NCBI GenBank assembly: GCA_963833095.1
Contig: CAWHWQ010000005.1
Location: 192,001-256,000 of the forward strand
Source: Vulcanimicrobiota bacterium
Lineage (GTDB): Bacteria; Vulcanimicrobiota; Vulcanimicrobiia; Vulcanimicrobiales; Vulcanimicrobiaceae
Direction: 5' to 3'
Length of the DNA stretch: 64,000 bases
Shown here in pieces: positions 51,911-61,668 of the stretch (the stretch's first letter is position 1; each line of letters opens with the position of its first letter). The notes below the pieces were generated by a model. The model saw nothing but the letters and a program-made list of their open reading frames with translations, was not told the origin of the DNA and did not search any database. The translations under genes and the position numbers were made by a program.

Positions 51911-53692
51911 TCACCACCCAACGGCTTCACCATCTTTTCCGAAATCCGAGCCGCCTGCGTAAGCGCCGTTGGGCAGCAGCATAATCGCTTGATAGCCGCC
52001 CATCGGCCCACGATTCGTCGATTGCACCGTGTAGCCCATCGCGCGCAGTGGTTCGCCGACGAGATCGTAGAGCGGTGACTCGAGCGACAGCACGTCGGAG
52101 ATCTCGGCGTGCCGGAAACGTGCCATATCACCCGCCTGTTGCACGTTCGCGCCGAGATCGACGATGTCCACGGCGATTTGTTCGTGCCCTTGGGCCTGCA
52201 TGTCGCCGCCCATCAATCCGAGCGTCATCAGCGGGCGCCCATTCTTTGCAATAAATCCCGCCATCAACGTGTTGAACGGCCGTTTGTGCGGGGCGATCGC
52301 ATTGGGACTTTTTGGCTCGAGCGTAAAGAGGCCACCGCGATCGTGTAGGATGAAACCGTAGCCCGGCACGGTCAGACCCGATCCAAACTCATCGTAGTTG
52401 CTGTTGACCCACGACACCATGTTGCCGAAGCGATCCGCCGTGGAAAGCACGATCGTATCGCCGGCACCGGCGATACTGCCAGGTGCTGCAATCGGCGCCG
52501 CGCGATTCGGATCGATCTTCGCGCAGAGCGATTCTGCATGTTCGCGTGAGAGCAGTCGCGCAAGCGGAACGTTTTCAACGTCGGGATCGGCGTCGTAGTG
52601 GTAGAGATCAGCGTACGCGAGCTTCTTGGCTTCCACCAGCAGGTGCCAATATTGCGGATTCGCCGGCCCGAGCGAGGCGAGAGATTCACCCGGATAAACC
52701 TTCGGTGCGCACTCTTCGAGAATGCCCAGCGCTTCGTTGGTGGCAAAGCCTTGCGAAGGCGGCGGAAGTTCCAGGACATGGGAGCCGTGATACACCGTAT
52801 CGACAGGCTGCATCCATTCGCCGCTGTAGCTCGCGAGGTCGTCGAGCGTCATCGTGCCGCCCAATGCGCGCGACTTCGCAACGATCGCGCGTGCGATTTC
52901 GCCGCGGTAAAATACCTCGCGCCCGTACTTCTGTAACAGCCGGAACGAGTGTGCCAGGTCCGGATTGCGGAAGATTTGCCCCGTTTTCGGAGCAGCGCCG
53001 CCCGGATACCAGGTGCGCACCGAATCAGGATCGAGTTGCGTACAGCATCCACGCAACGGGAGCGCATTGGGGAGTCTCCAGTCGTGCGCGATGCGCTCGG
53101 AAACTGGATAGCCGTTTTGCGCGTAGTCGATCGCCGGCGCAAGCACGCGGTCGAACTTCATCGTGCCGAAGCGCCGTAGCGCTTCGGACCATCCCCACAC
53201 CGAACCCGGAACCGTCACATCGAGGATGCCGCCGTGCGGCATACCGGAACCGGGACCCCAATTTTTGGAGTCAGCGTGGTAGCCTAGGGCATTGAAACGC
53301 GCAATCGTCGCACCGCTCGGCGCTTTACCGCTAGCATTGAGCACGTAGTAGCGGTGATCTTTGGCGATATAAATGATGGCAAACACGTCGCCGCCCATAC
53401 CGACCATCATCGGCTCGACCACGTTGAGCGTCGCGACGGTGGCAACGGCGGCATCGATAGCGTTGCCGCCTTGCATCAAGATACGCAATCCCGCTTGCGC
53501 CGCCAGCGGCTGACTCGTTACGACCATGCCGTTGCGCGCGAGCACCGGGGAGCGGCTTTGAGGGAGCCACCCCTCGGCGCGATCGCCGCGCACGGCCTTA
53601 TCTGCTGGCGTGGTTTTCGGCGCATCCCCAGCGTGAGCTGTGCTCGACAGCGTGAACGCGACGAGCAAGGATGCGACGACGTTCCTCGTCAT
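51911..53692 (-). CDS. ggt: Gamma-glutamyltransferase family protein
   Basis: GGNAIDAA, DTIVLSTADRFGN (Thr nucleophile), KRPFNTL, GLMGGDMQ. Confidence 0.9.
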   Translation of the reverse strand: MTRNVVASLLVAFTLSSTAHAGDAPKTTPADKAVRGDRAEGWLPQSRSPVLARNGMVVTSQPLAAQAGLRILMQGGNAIDAAVATVATLNVVEPMMVGMGGDVFAIIYIAKDHRYYVLNASGKAPSGATIARFNALGYHADSKNWGPGSGMPHGGILDVTVPGSVWGWSEALRRFGTMKFDRVLAPAIDYAQNGYPVSERIAHDWRLPNALPLRGCCTQLDPDSVRTWYPGGAAPKTGQIFRNPDLAHSFRLLQKYGREVFYRGEIARAIVAKSRALGGTMTLDDLASYSGEWMQPVDTVYHGSHVLELPPPSQGFATNEALGILEECAPKVYPGESLASLGPANPQYWHLLVEAKKLAYADLYHYDADPDVENVPLARLLSREHAESLCAKIDPNRAAPIAAPGSIAGAGDTIVLSTADRFGNMVSWVNSNYDEFGSGLTVPGYGFILHDRGGLFTLEPKSPNAIAPHKRPFNTLMAGFIAKNGRPLMTLGLMGGDMQAQGHEQIAVDIVDLGANVQQAGDMARFRHAEISDVLSLESPLYDLVGEPLRAMGYTVQSTNRGPMGGYQAIMLLPNGAYAGGSDFGKDGEAVGW

Positions 53693-53704
53693 GGGCTAAA
53701 GCGA

Positions 53705-54985
53705 TTAGAAGTGCAGACCGAGGCCAACGTACGGGCCGCCCTCGGTCACGCTGCTCGGAGCGTTGTACCTCTCGTGCCAGGCATCGCCTTTATAGCCCCC
53801 CTCGATGAAGAACGGTATGGTCGAGAACGCGTAGGTAACGCCGAGATCGTATCTTGTCACAATGTAGGCGAACTTGATCGCGTTGCCGCCCGTGAAGCTG
53901 GGATTGGTCGTGGCCGACACGTTCCCGAAGTAGCTGTAGTTCCCATACACCGAGAACGGACGGTCGAAGTCGGGCGTTAGCTCGATCCCCGAACCTTGCC
54001 CCTTCAACCATGGGTACCCGGCGTTATTGCCCACCCACAGGTAACTGATGTCGATATAGAGATGCGGCACGATCAAGTTGAGACCGAGGTGCGCATCCGC
54101 CAAATAGTTACGCGCGGTGAAGGCCGGAACTGCGGTCGAACCAGCGTCGCCGATCGTCGTCACGTAACAGTTCGGAGCATAGACTCCGCTAAAATTGCAC
54201 GTGTGCGCGTAGTTGTATTGGGTTAAGCTGCCTCCGAGTATCATCGGAATCCCGGCAAGACTAAAGGCCGCATTTCCGTGAACCGCGTACGAAAAGCCGT
54301 CTTGATTCGCGTTGGTTTGCCCTGAACTAAACTCGTTGTAGACCTTCGGCGAAAGGTAGTCGCCGGCGACGTACACCTTGAGGAACGGGGTGGGCGACGG
54401 TGCCGGTGTGGGCGTCACGACCGGCGCTGGTTCGGCAGGCGGCGGCGGAACCGGCGTGGGCGACGGCGGTGGAGTCGCAGCGATGTAGCGTACGACCACG
54501 ATCTGCTTGTCGGGAACCCATTGAACGTATGCGCCCATGCCTTCGGAGATTACGCGAATCGGCACGAGGACGTGTCCTTGGTACACCATCGGAGGTACGT
54601 CGAGGGGACGCGACTCGCCGTTGATCACCACCTCCGGCCGACCCACCGTGACCTTCACGTCGGAACCGGCCTTGCTGACGTCGACCGTCTTGCTGGCGCC
54701 GTCATAGGAAACGGTGGCACCCATCTGCTCGAACATCGACCGCAGCGGGATGAGGACGGTGCCCCCACGCACGAGCGCAGCGAGCACCCGGCCCTGCTTG
54801 AGCGTGTCCGGCTTTGCGTATACGTGGTGATCATTGAAGAGAATCGGAATCTGCCCTGACGGCGGCGAGCCAAAGGTCGCCGGCGGCGCCATCGTTGCGC
54901 CTTGCCCCTGCGCGAGCGCCACGGCAACGTTCGAAAACGCCGCCGCAAATACCAAACCAAGAATGCTTACACTCAACCGCTTCAA
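53705..54985 (-). CDS. Secreted protein: copper amine oxidase N-terminal-like domain, Pro-rich linker, probable beta-barrel
   Basis: TTG start after GGAGGG; LIPLRSMFEQMGATVSYD, LVPIRVISEGMG; ends GPYVGLGLHF. Confidence 0.75.
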   Translation of the reverse strand: MKRLSVSILGLVFAAAFSNVAVALAQGQGATMAPPATFGSPPSGQIPILFNDHHVYAKPDTLKQGRVLAALVRGGTVLIPLRSMFEQMGATVSYDGASKTVDVSKAGSDVKVTVGRPEVVINGESRPLDVPPMVYQGHVLVPIRVISEGMGAYVQWVPDKQIVVVRYIAATPPPSPTPVPPPPAEPAPVVTPTPAPSPTPFLKVYVAGDYLSPKVYNEFSSGQTNANQDGFSYAVHGNAAFSLAGIPMILGGSLTQYNYAHTCNFSGVYAPNCYVTTIGDAGSTAVPAFTARNYLADAHLGLNLIVPHLYIDISYLWVGNNAGYPWLKGQGSGIELTPDFDRPFSVYGNYSYFGNVSATTNPSFTGGNAIKFAYIVTRYDLGVTYAFSTIPFFIEGGYKGDAWHERYNAPSSVTEGGPYVGLGLHF

Positions 54986-55056
54986 GAGATGGTCCCTCCC
55001 CCAGCTATCCAACCGTGCTTGGCGAAAGAAGCCGTAATGCCTTCGGACCTTAGACT

Positions 55057-55290
55057 CTAGCGCGCGACGTACCGAAATTGGCCGGACGACCAGCCGCACG
55101 TGCTGCCGTCGTTCATGACAAACGATTCAAAGCCGTCGACATCGGGATTGAAGTCGGTATTGAGTGCCTTGGTCGCGGGCCAATTCACCGCCGGCTCCTG
55201 ACGCGCCACTGCGCGTGCCTTGCTGTTGGAGAATTGCGGGCTCTTGACGGCCGTGTTGAGGGCTGCGGCCAGGCGCTTTGCGTCGTCCAT
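55057..55290 (-). CDS. Small hypothetical protein
   Basis: 77-aa ORF directly downstream of the SGNH gene. Confidence 0.45.
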   Translation of the reverse strand: MDDAKRLAAALNTAVKSPQFSNSKARAVARQEPAVNWPATKALNTDFNPDVDGFESFVMNDGSTCGWSSGQFRYVAR

Positions 55291-55294
55291 AGAG

Positions 55295-55906
55295 CTAATG
55301 GAAGTCGCTTGCGATCGCCGCGTTTCCTTCCACGTTTGGATGCAACAGATCAGCCTGGACGTAGGCGGCGCGATACATGCGCGGATCGCTGCTCAGGTCG
55401 ACGACAGGCAGGCCCGTGGCGGACAACATAGCGTTCCAGGCGTTCACGTCTTTGGCGAATTGCGGCGCCTCGGCACCGGTCATGCGTTGCCAGTGACGCA
55501 AGTTCACCAGATAGATCGTTGCGGCGGGCTCTTGGCGGTGAATCAGCGTGAGCGCGTGCACGAAGTCGCGCCGCGCCGCCTCCAGCTCCGCATCGTTTGC
55601 CGAAGCCGTGCGTTTGGTGCCGTCGGGTTTGCCCTCAGGCGTATAACCGAACCCGCCGATGTCATTGGATCCACAATTGAGGATGACGATTGACGCGCCG
55701 CGCGGCATCCTCGGAACCTGGTTGTCTACTACATCTTCACATTGAGACCCGGGAATGGCGAGGTTCGCAAGCCTGCCGTGGATACGCCGCGTGTAGCGCA
55801 CCGCATAGTTCTGCGCTGAAGGCGCGGCAAGCCCGTACCCGTACGTGATCGAATCGCCGAGCGCGACCACGAGCGGCGTCACCGCCGCGAGCAAGAAGAA
55901 CATCAC
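55295..55906 (-). CDS. SGNH/GDSL hydrolase
   Basis: LGDSITYG, GSND, DLLHPN. Confidence 0.9.
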   Translation of the reverse strand: MMFFLLAAVTPLVVALGDSITYGYGLAAPSAQNYAVRYTRRIHGRLANLAIPGSQCEDVVDNQVPRMPRGASIVILNCGSNDIGGFGYTPEGKPDGTKRTASANDAELEAARRDFVHALTLIHRQEPAATIYLVNLRHWQRMTGAEAPQFAKDVNAWNAMLSATGLPVVDLSSDPRMYRAAYVQADLLHPNVEGNAAIASDFH

Positions 55907-56015
55907 TGCCGAACGTTCGCTTCAATCGTGAAAAACGCTATGCCTGGGGGGCTCATTGAGACGTACGCTTTAGGATCGGAAGCAGCCGAGCGGCCTTCAC
56001 GGGAGGGGGATACGA

Positions 56016-56450
56016 ATGGCTACGATCGTCAAGGTCTTCGCCGGGGAATACGACCTCACGCACAAGGCGCGGTTGCGGGCCGAGTTCGATGCGCTGCACG
56101 CTGAAAATCGCCTTGTCTTAGATATGAGCGCTGTAACCTATCTCGACTCAACATTTATTTCTGAACTCATACGACTTCATGAAAAACGAGCCGAACGTGT
56201 CTGCGACCGGCTGACGATCGTGCGCGCCGGGCCAATCGTCAAGAAAATCTTCGCGCTTCTCTACATCTTCACGTTCGCTCGCGTGGTTGCCACCCTCGAT
56301 GAAGCCCTTCCAAAGGACGGTACACCCGTGATCCTTGATCGTGCCTGCACCGGTGATAACCCAGCGCCGCGCCACCGCATCCGCGTGCGCAAGACGGAGT
56401 CTCCGACACCGGTGTGGATCTCCAGCGTCCTGACCGCAGCAGGCGTTTAG
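56016..56450 (+). CDS. STAS domain protein (anti-sigma factor antagonist-like)
   Basis: GEYDL, LVLDMSAVTYLDST (phospho-Ser motif); strong SD. Confidence 0.85.
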   Translation: MATIVKVFAGEYDLTHKARLRAEFDALHAENRLVLDMSAVTYLDSTFISELIRLHEKRAERVCDRLTIVRAGPIVKKIFALLYIFTFARVVATLDEALPKDGTPVILDRACTGDNPAPRHRIRVRKTESPTPVWISSVLTAAGV

Positions 56451-56608
56451 CGACGCGCTTCTGCGCACTAATAGTGTGCAGCTTTTCGGCAGCGCGCCTG
56501 CTATGGTGATGGCATGCATTACGATCGCCGTGGCTTTCTCGGCGCAGCTGTGGCGACGTTTGCTGCGGTTCCCTTTAGCCTCGTCGGCTGTCAAGAGAGG
56601 CGAATTCC

Positions 56609-57835
56609 ATGACACAAGTTGCACAACCCACGGGCAGCGGAACGACCGCCATCCGCCTGTTTCCAACATTGAACGTCGCGCAAGCGGAACTCGACGATCT
56701 CCGTGGGCGCATCAAAGCCACGCGGTGGCCGTCATCACGTGAACTGGTACCCGACCAATCGCAAGGTGTCCAGTTGGCGATGATGCAGGCGCTCGCGCAA
56801 TATTGGGGGTCCGATTACGATTGGCGCAAGTGCGAAGCGAAGCAAAATGCCCTACCCCAGTTCATCACCGAGATCGACGGACAGGAGATCCACTTCATTC
56901 ACGTTCGCTCTAAGAACGAACATGCGTTGCCGCTCATCATTACGCACGGGTGGCCCGGCTCGATCATCGAGCAAGAGAAAGTCATCCCGCTGCTCACCGA
57001 TCCCACCGCGCACGGCGCGAGCGCGTCGGATGCATTCGATCTCGTCATCCCGTCGTTGCCGGGACACGGCTTCTCGCCGGCGCCGACCGTGCTGGGCTGG
57101 GATCCCGTGCGCGTCGCAAAGGCTTGGGCCGTCCTCATGGACCGGCTGGGTTACGATCGCTTCGTCGCGCAAGGTGGCGATTGGGGCGCGAACGTGACGC
57201 AAGAACTGGCGTTGCTCGCGCCCGAAAAGGTGATCGCCATCCACACGAACATGCCGGGTACCGTTCCGGCAGATATTTTGGCTGCCGCGAAGTCCGGCGC
57301 CAAATCCCCGGTTCCGCTTTCGGGTGACGAGCTTCAAGCATTTAACCAGTTGAGCGATTTTTATGCCAAGCACCTCGGCTATGCAGTCGAAATGACCAAC
57401 CGCCCGCAAACGCTCTACGGCCTGAGCGACTCGCCGATTGCGCTCGTGTCCTGGATGCTCGACCACGACAAGGACAGTTACGAGATGATCCGGCCGGCGT
57501 TTTTTGGAGATCCGGGCGGGCTGTCACGCGACGACATCTTGGATAACGCCTCGCTCTACTGGTTCACGAACACGGGGATTCCCTCGGCTCGCTTCTACTG
57601 GGAGAATAAGCTTGACTTCTTCGACATCAAAGGCGTCAAGCAACCCGTCGGCGTCAGCGCGTTTCGCTACGAGCTCTACCAAGCGCCAAAGAGCTGGTCG
57701 GAAAAGGCGTATCCAAACCTCGCTTATTACAAGCGGCACGACATCGGTGGGCACTTTGCCGCCTGGGAACAACCGCAGCTTTTTAGCGAAGACATTCGTG
57801 CGACATTCAAAACAGTGCGAGCCGGGGCCGCGTGA
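56609..57835 (+). CDS. Epoxide hydrolase (microsomal EH-like)
   Basis: YDWR, IHFIH, THGWPGS, QGGDWG, GGHFAAWEQP. Confidence 0.93.
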   Translation: MTQVAQPTGSGTTAIRLFPTLNVAQAELDDLRGRIKATRWPSSRELVPDQSQGVQLAMMQALAQYWGSDYDWRKCEAKQNALPQFITEIDGQEIHFIHVRSKNEHALPLIITHGWPGSIIEQEKVIPLLTDPTAHGASASDAFDLVIPSLPGHGFSPAPTVLGWDPVRVAKAWAVLMDRLGYDRFVAQGGDWGANVTQELALLAPEKVIAIHTNMPGTVPADILAAAKSGAKSPVPLSGDELQAFNQLSDFYAKHLGYAVEMTNRPQTLYGLSDSPIALVSWMLDHDKDSYEMIRPAFFGDPGGLSRDDILDNASLYWFTNTGIPSARFYWENKLDFFDIKGVKQPVGVSAFRYELYQAPKSWSEKAYPNLAYYKRHDIGGHFAAWEQPQLFSEDIRATFKTVRAGAA

Positions 57836-57850
57836 TAAGCTAAAGGGGCT

Positions 57851-58135
57851 ATGCTGATTCAAACGATCATCTATACGTTCGCGCCCGAAGACGCCGACAA
57901 GGCCGAAGTGATCCTGCGCGAGTTACGGGATGCCTCGCGCAAAGAGGAAGGCATGATCACCTTTGACGTCGCGCGCAGCAAAGAACACCCCAATGTCTTC
58001 GCCCTCTGGGAAGAGTATCGCGATGAGGCGGCCGTGGAAGCCCACAAGGCCACCGAACACTTCGGGCGCCTCGCGCTCAATGGTGTACGGCCGCTCGCCA
58101 AGCAACGAATCGCCGAGACCGTTTTTCCGATCTAA
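57851..58135 (+). CDS. ABM-family (putative quinol) monooxygenase
   Basis: SRKEEG..FDV, FALWEEY.DEAA..AH..TEHF. Confidence 0.85.
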   Translation: MLIQTIIYTFAPEDADKAEVILRELRDASRKEEGMITFDVARSKEHPNVFALWEEYRDEAAVEAHKATEHFGRLALNGVRPLAKQRIAETVFPI

Positions 58136-59307
58136 TGCGCGCGATCGACGCGCGCTTCATTGCCGGCGGTGCGATCGCGCTCGCGGTGGCGATGGGCGTC
58201 GGCCGTTTCGCGTATACGCCGTTGTTACCGGTCATGGAACACGACGCCGGCCTGGGTGTCTCCATGGCCGGCACTTTGGCATCCTCAAACCTCTTTGGAT
58301 ATCTCGTGGGCGCGTCGCTGGCGATGCATCCGGTTACGCATCGCAGGCGCCTGGCAATCCTGCGCTGGAGCCTTGCCGGCGTGATTGTGACGACGGCGCT
58401 GATGGCCACGGCCGCGCAGCTGTGGTTACCGCTGCGCTTCTTGACCGGCATCTGCAGCGGCTTTGTGCTGGTGTTTGCATCGAGCATCGTGCTCGAGCGC
58501 GCCGCTCACGCGCGCGCGCCCTCGTGGCCGCCGCTCTTTTTCTCGGGCGTCGGGCTCGGGATCGCATTTTCGGGGGTTGCGGTTCCAGCGTTCGTCGCGT
58601 ACGGCGGTTCGCGCGCTGCATGGGTCGGCATCGCGACCGTCAGTGGCATCGCGTTGCTCGTAAGCGCGCGATGGTTTACCGACGATGCGCCGTCGTCGAG
58701 CATTGCGCAAGCCGGCATCGATGCACCGCTACCGCGCCGCACGACTTTCGCGTGGCTCTTAGCGGTGTACACGGCAGAAGCGTTTGCCTACATCATTCCG
58801 GCTACGTTCCTGGTTGCGATCGTGGCGCGAATCCCGGAGCTCACGCGCTACGCGGCACTCTCTTGGGTATTCGTTGGTTTGGCGGCGGCATTCGCGACGT
58901 TTCCGTGGATTCACGTCGCGGCCCGAATGGGTAAGGCGCGCGCCCTCGCGGTTGCATTCGGTATTCAAGCGATCGGCATCGCGGCACCAGTATTTTCACA
59001 AAGCCCTACAGCCGTCGTCGTCGCGGCCGTTGCGCTAGGCGGAACGTTTATCGCCATCACCCTCTTCGCTGCAGGGCTCGGACGCGATATCTTCCCCCAC
59101 AAAACCAACGACGCGGTGAGCCGCCTTACCGTGTTTTACAGCGTCGGCCAAATCGTCGGCCCGATCCTTGCGACGCAACTAGCGCTGCGCTTTAACTCCT
59201 ACAACCCCGCGCTTCTGGCGGCGGCCGGCGTCGCCGCTCTCGCCTCCATCACGACCCTTATCACGATCGGCGCGCCGCGAGCCGCATCTCCGGTATCGCG
59301 AGCATAA
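58135..59307 (+). CDS. YbfB/YjiJ family MFS transporter
   Basis: AMGVGRFAYTPLLP, N..GYLVG, Y...ATF, GQIVGP. Confidence 0.9.
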   Translation: MRAIDARFIAGGAIALAVAMGVGRFAYTPLLPVMEHDAGLGVSMAGTLASSNLFGYLVGASLAMHPVTHRRRLAILRWSLAGVIVTTALMATAAQLWLPLRFLTGICSGFVLVFASSIVLERAAHARAPSWPPLFFSGVGLGIAFSGVAVPAFVAYGGSRAAWVGIATVSGIALLVSARWFTDDAPSSSIAQAGIDAPLPRRTTFAWLLAVYTAEAFAYIIPATFLVAIVARIPELTRYAALSWVFVGLAAAFATFPWIHVAARMGKARALAVAFGIQAIGIAAPVFSQSPTAVVVAAVALGGTFIAITLFAAGLGRDIFPHKTNDAVSRLTVFYSVGQIVGPILATQLALRFNSYNPALLAAAGVAALASITTLITIGAPRAASPVSRA

Positions 59308-59596
59308 ACAGCGCTACCCGCTCGTCGGGGGTCAACGTCAACGCATTCGCAAGCCGGTCCAGCAGCTTCATCGAGGCGCGCACCGTCGCGCCGCTCTCGA
59401 GCAGACGATACCAGCCGCGCGTGACGCCGACCACCTCGGCGATCTCTTCCTGTGTCACGCGCCGCCCGCACCGGACCGGAAGCCGCTTGTACGGCCCAAG
59501 CGCCGTCGACTCCGGGGGGATACGTCCCCGGAGCAGCCTTAGCAGGTTACTGACCGACGATTGCCCCGCAACCCGGTCGACCGTCATCAACATCAT
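59261..59596 (-). CDS. XRE-family HTH protein (HTH only)
   Basis: VTQEEIAEVVGVTRGWYRLLESG, LANALTL...ER..LF.LA. Confidence 0.8.
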   Translation of the reverse strand: MMLMTVDRVAGQSSVSNLLRLLRGRIPPESTALGPYKRLPVRCGRRVTQEEIAEVVGVTRGWYRLLESGATVRASMKLLDRLANALTLTPDERVALFMLAIPEMRLAARRS

Positions 59597-59664
59597 AGCC
59601 GCATCGTAATACGCGTCGCCCGTGAGAATCTATGAACTGAGAGTTCGTGGTACGATAAACGACC

Positions 59665-60204
59665 ATGAATGAGCGGGCACGCCAAACCGAGCTGCGGTCG
59701 TTTCTGGCCACCGCCCGAGCACGCTTGCGGCCCAGGGATGTTGGGCTTCCGATCCTTGGGCATCGGCGCCTTCCGGGTTTGCGCCGCGAAGAGGTCGCCG
59801 AACTCGTCGGAGTATCGCCGCGATGGTACGCATCATTCGAGGCCGGTGACGGGCGGCGTCGCTTCTCGACAGCCTTCGTGCAGCGCGTCGCGGACGTCTT
59901 GCGCCTTTCCGATCCCGAGCGCATGCGGCTCTTCGAGCTGGCACTTCCCGAGGCGGCCGCGGTGGCGCGGCACGTCCACGCAGCCGCCGGGCGGGCCATC
60001 TCTTCGGCGATCTACCGCCAACTCGTCGCGCAAGAACGGCTTCGCGAGGCGCAGGAGCAACTTCGCTTCGCTCAGGCCTCCGCGGGGCGCGCGCTTGCGA
60101 CGGCCATTTATCTCACCTTGCTGGAAAAGGCGGCCCCCAAACCGCCCCGCAGCCGCCATCTAAGTATGGCGCGAAAGCGCGATGCGAAACCAGCTGACGC
60201 CTGA
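59665..60204 (+). CDS. XRE-family HTH protein (MmyB-like N-terminus)
   Basis: ELRSFL..ARARL.P.DVGL...RRLPGLRREEVAELVGVS..WY..FEAG. Confidence 0.85.
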   Translation: MNERARQTELRSFLATARARLRPRDVGLPILGHRRLPGLRREEVAELVGVSPRWYASFEAGDGRRRFSTAFVQRVADVLRLSDPERMRLFELALPEAAAVARHVHAAAGRAISSAIYRQLVAQERLREAQEQLRFAQASAGRALATAIYLTLLEKAAPKPPRSRHLSMARKRDAKPADA

Positions 60205-60610
60205 GGAATGCCGGCTCGTTCAAGCGAGCTTCGCGCAGATCGATCCGGTGGCCAGTCGCGTCGCCGCGCTGTTTTATCAGCGGCTCTTCGAGCTGGACCC
60301 GACGCTCGCGCCGCTGTTCAAAGTCGATATGACCACCCAAGGCGCGCGTTTTATGGAAAAGCTCGCCATTGCCGTAAAGGGGCTCGAAGATCTCGACGAG
60401 ATCGCGCCGTTCGTCGAGACACTTGGCCGACGACATGGGGGCTACGGCGTCAAAACAAAAGATTACGATACCGTTTGCGATGCGCTGCTTTGGTCTTTAG
60501 AACAGCACCTGGGGCCGGCGTTCGCAGAGGACGTCAAGGCCGCGTGGTCGGCTGCATACGAAGCGCTTTCGACGAGGATGATCGCGGCTGCGGCAGCGCA
60601 GGCTTCGTAA
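60182..60610 (+). CDS. Single-domain globin (flavohemoglobin-like M family)
   Basis: LVQASF, FYQRLFELDP..LF, LGRRHGGYGV, DALLWSL, AWSAAY. Confidence 0.92.
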   Translation: MRNQLTPEECRLVQASFAQIDPVASRVAALFYQRLFELDPTLAPLFKVDMTTQGARFMEKLAIAVKGLEDLDEIAPFVETLGRRHGGYGVKTKDYDTVCDALLWSLEQHLGPAFAEDVKAAWSAAYEALSTRMIAAAAAQAS

Positions 60611-60619
60611 AACACCTCG

Positions 60620-61468
60620 CTAGAAAATTCGAACGGCGAGCGCAGCGATGTCGTCGCGTAGCCGGCCGTCGCAAAAGCGGTTTACGTCGGCGAGGACGTG
60701 CTCGACGAGGCTCACCATAGACGGTGCAGCGCGCACCGCCATCGACACCGACGCGACAAGCCGCTCAATGCCGTACAGATCGCCGTCCGGCGATCGCGCT
60801 TCGGTGACGCCGTCCGTCGTCGCGACGAGAATCGTTCCCGGGGTGATGTCGACATGGCGCTGTTTGAAGAGATGGTGCTGGTCGTCGAATACGCCGATGA
60901 TGGGAGCGGTCGGTTCAAGGACCTCCACGCCCGCTCCGGGTCTGTACAAGATCACTGGTTCGTGTCCGGCGGAAGCATAGTTCATGGAGCGCCGGTCGTG
61001 GTCGAGAATTCCCATGAAGAGGCTTGCGAACGACTCGGTTCGTTCGAACGCGTTGTTTTCGATGTAGGCGCGGTCGAGCGATCGGATCACACGTTCGGCC
61101 GTCAGACCCTCCGATGCGTAACAGCGCAGTCCATACTTGACCAGCGCCGCGTGAATCGCTGCGGAAGCGCCTTTGCCGGAGATGTCGGCAATGGAAAGTG
61201 CAACGTTGCCATTGTCGAAATGATAGACATCGACGATATCGCCGCCGATCGCGCGCTCGGCGAGCACGTAGGCCACGTGGTATTCGATGCCGTCGATTTC
61301 ATGCTCGGACGGAGCGAACAGGTGCCGCATGAGCACCTCGGCAGATGCCCGATCCTCGCGCGCCAGATGGCCGTTGGCCGGGGGCTCCTGCGCTGCCAAC
61401 TCTTCCACGGGCGAGGGCTCCGGCTGCGTAACAACCGGCTCTACGTGGACGCGTTCGTCGAATGTCAT
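60620..61468 (-). CDS. Stand-alone SpoIIE/RsbU-type PP2C phosphatase
   Basis: GGDIVD, ADISGKG, SAGHEP, TDGVTEAR, DDIAAL. Confidence 0.92.
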   Translation of the reverse strand: MTFDERVHVEPVVTQPEPSPVEELAAQEPPANGHLAREDRASAEVLMRHLFAPSEHEIDGIEYHVAYVLAERAIGGDIVDVYHFDNGNVALSIADISGKGASAAIHAALVKYGLRCYASEGLTAERVIRSLDRAYIENNAFERTESFASLFMGILDHDRRSMNYASAGHEPVILYRPGAGVEVLEPTAPIIGVFDDQHHLFKQRHVDITPGTILVATTDGVTEARSPDGDLYGIERLVASVSMAVRAAPSMVSLVEHVLADVNRFCDGRLRDDIAALAVRIF

Positions 61469-61668
61469 GGGTAATCCGAGGGAAGCGCGACAACCAAAGA
61501 GTTGACGCTGGTCGTTGGATTGTCGTAGGAGAGCCGAAATCATGCCGACCGGGCCCTTGCCGCATGATATTGTCCTTTTGTCCAGTTGAAACGAACGAAG
61601 TCACACCATCGGAGACGGGTGCTGGGGCGAACGCGCTGAACCATTGCGCCTATCGTCAGGAGGTACCA

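Noticed and set aside
55907..56015. ncRNA or riboswitch (GGAAGCAGCC resembles part of SRP RNA)
   Set aside because: Other SRP features and a long hairpin are absent; needs an Infernal/Rfam search.
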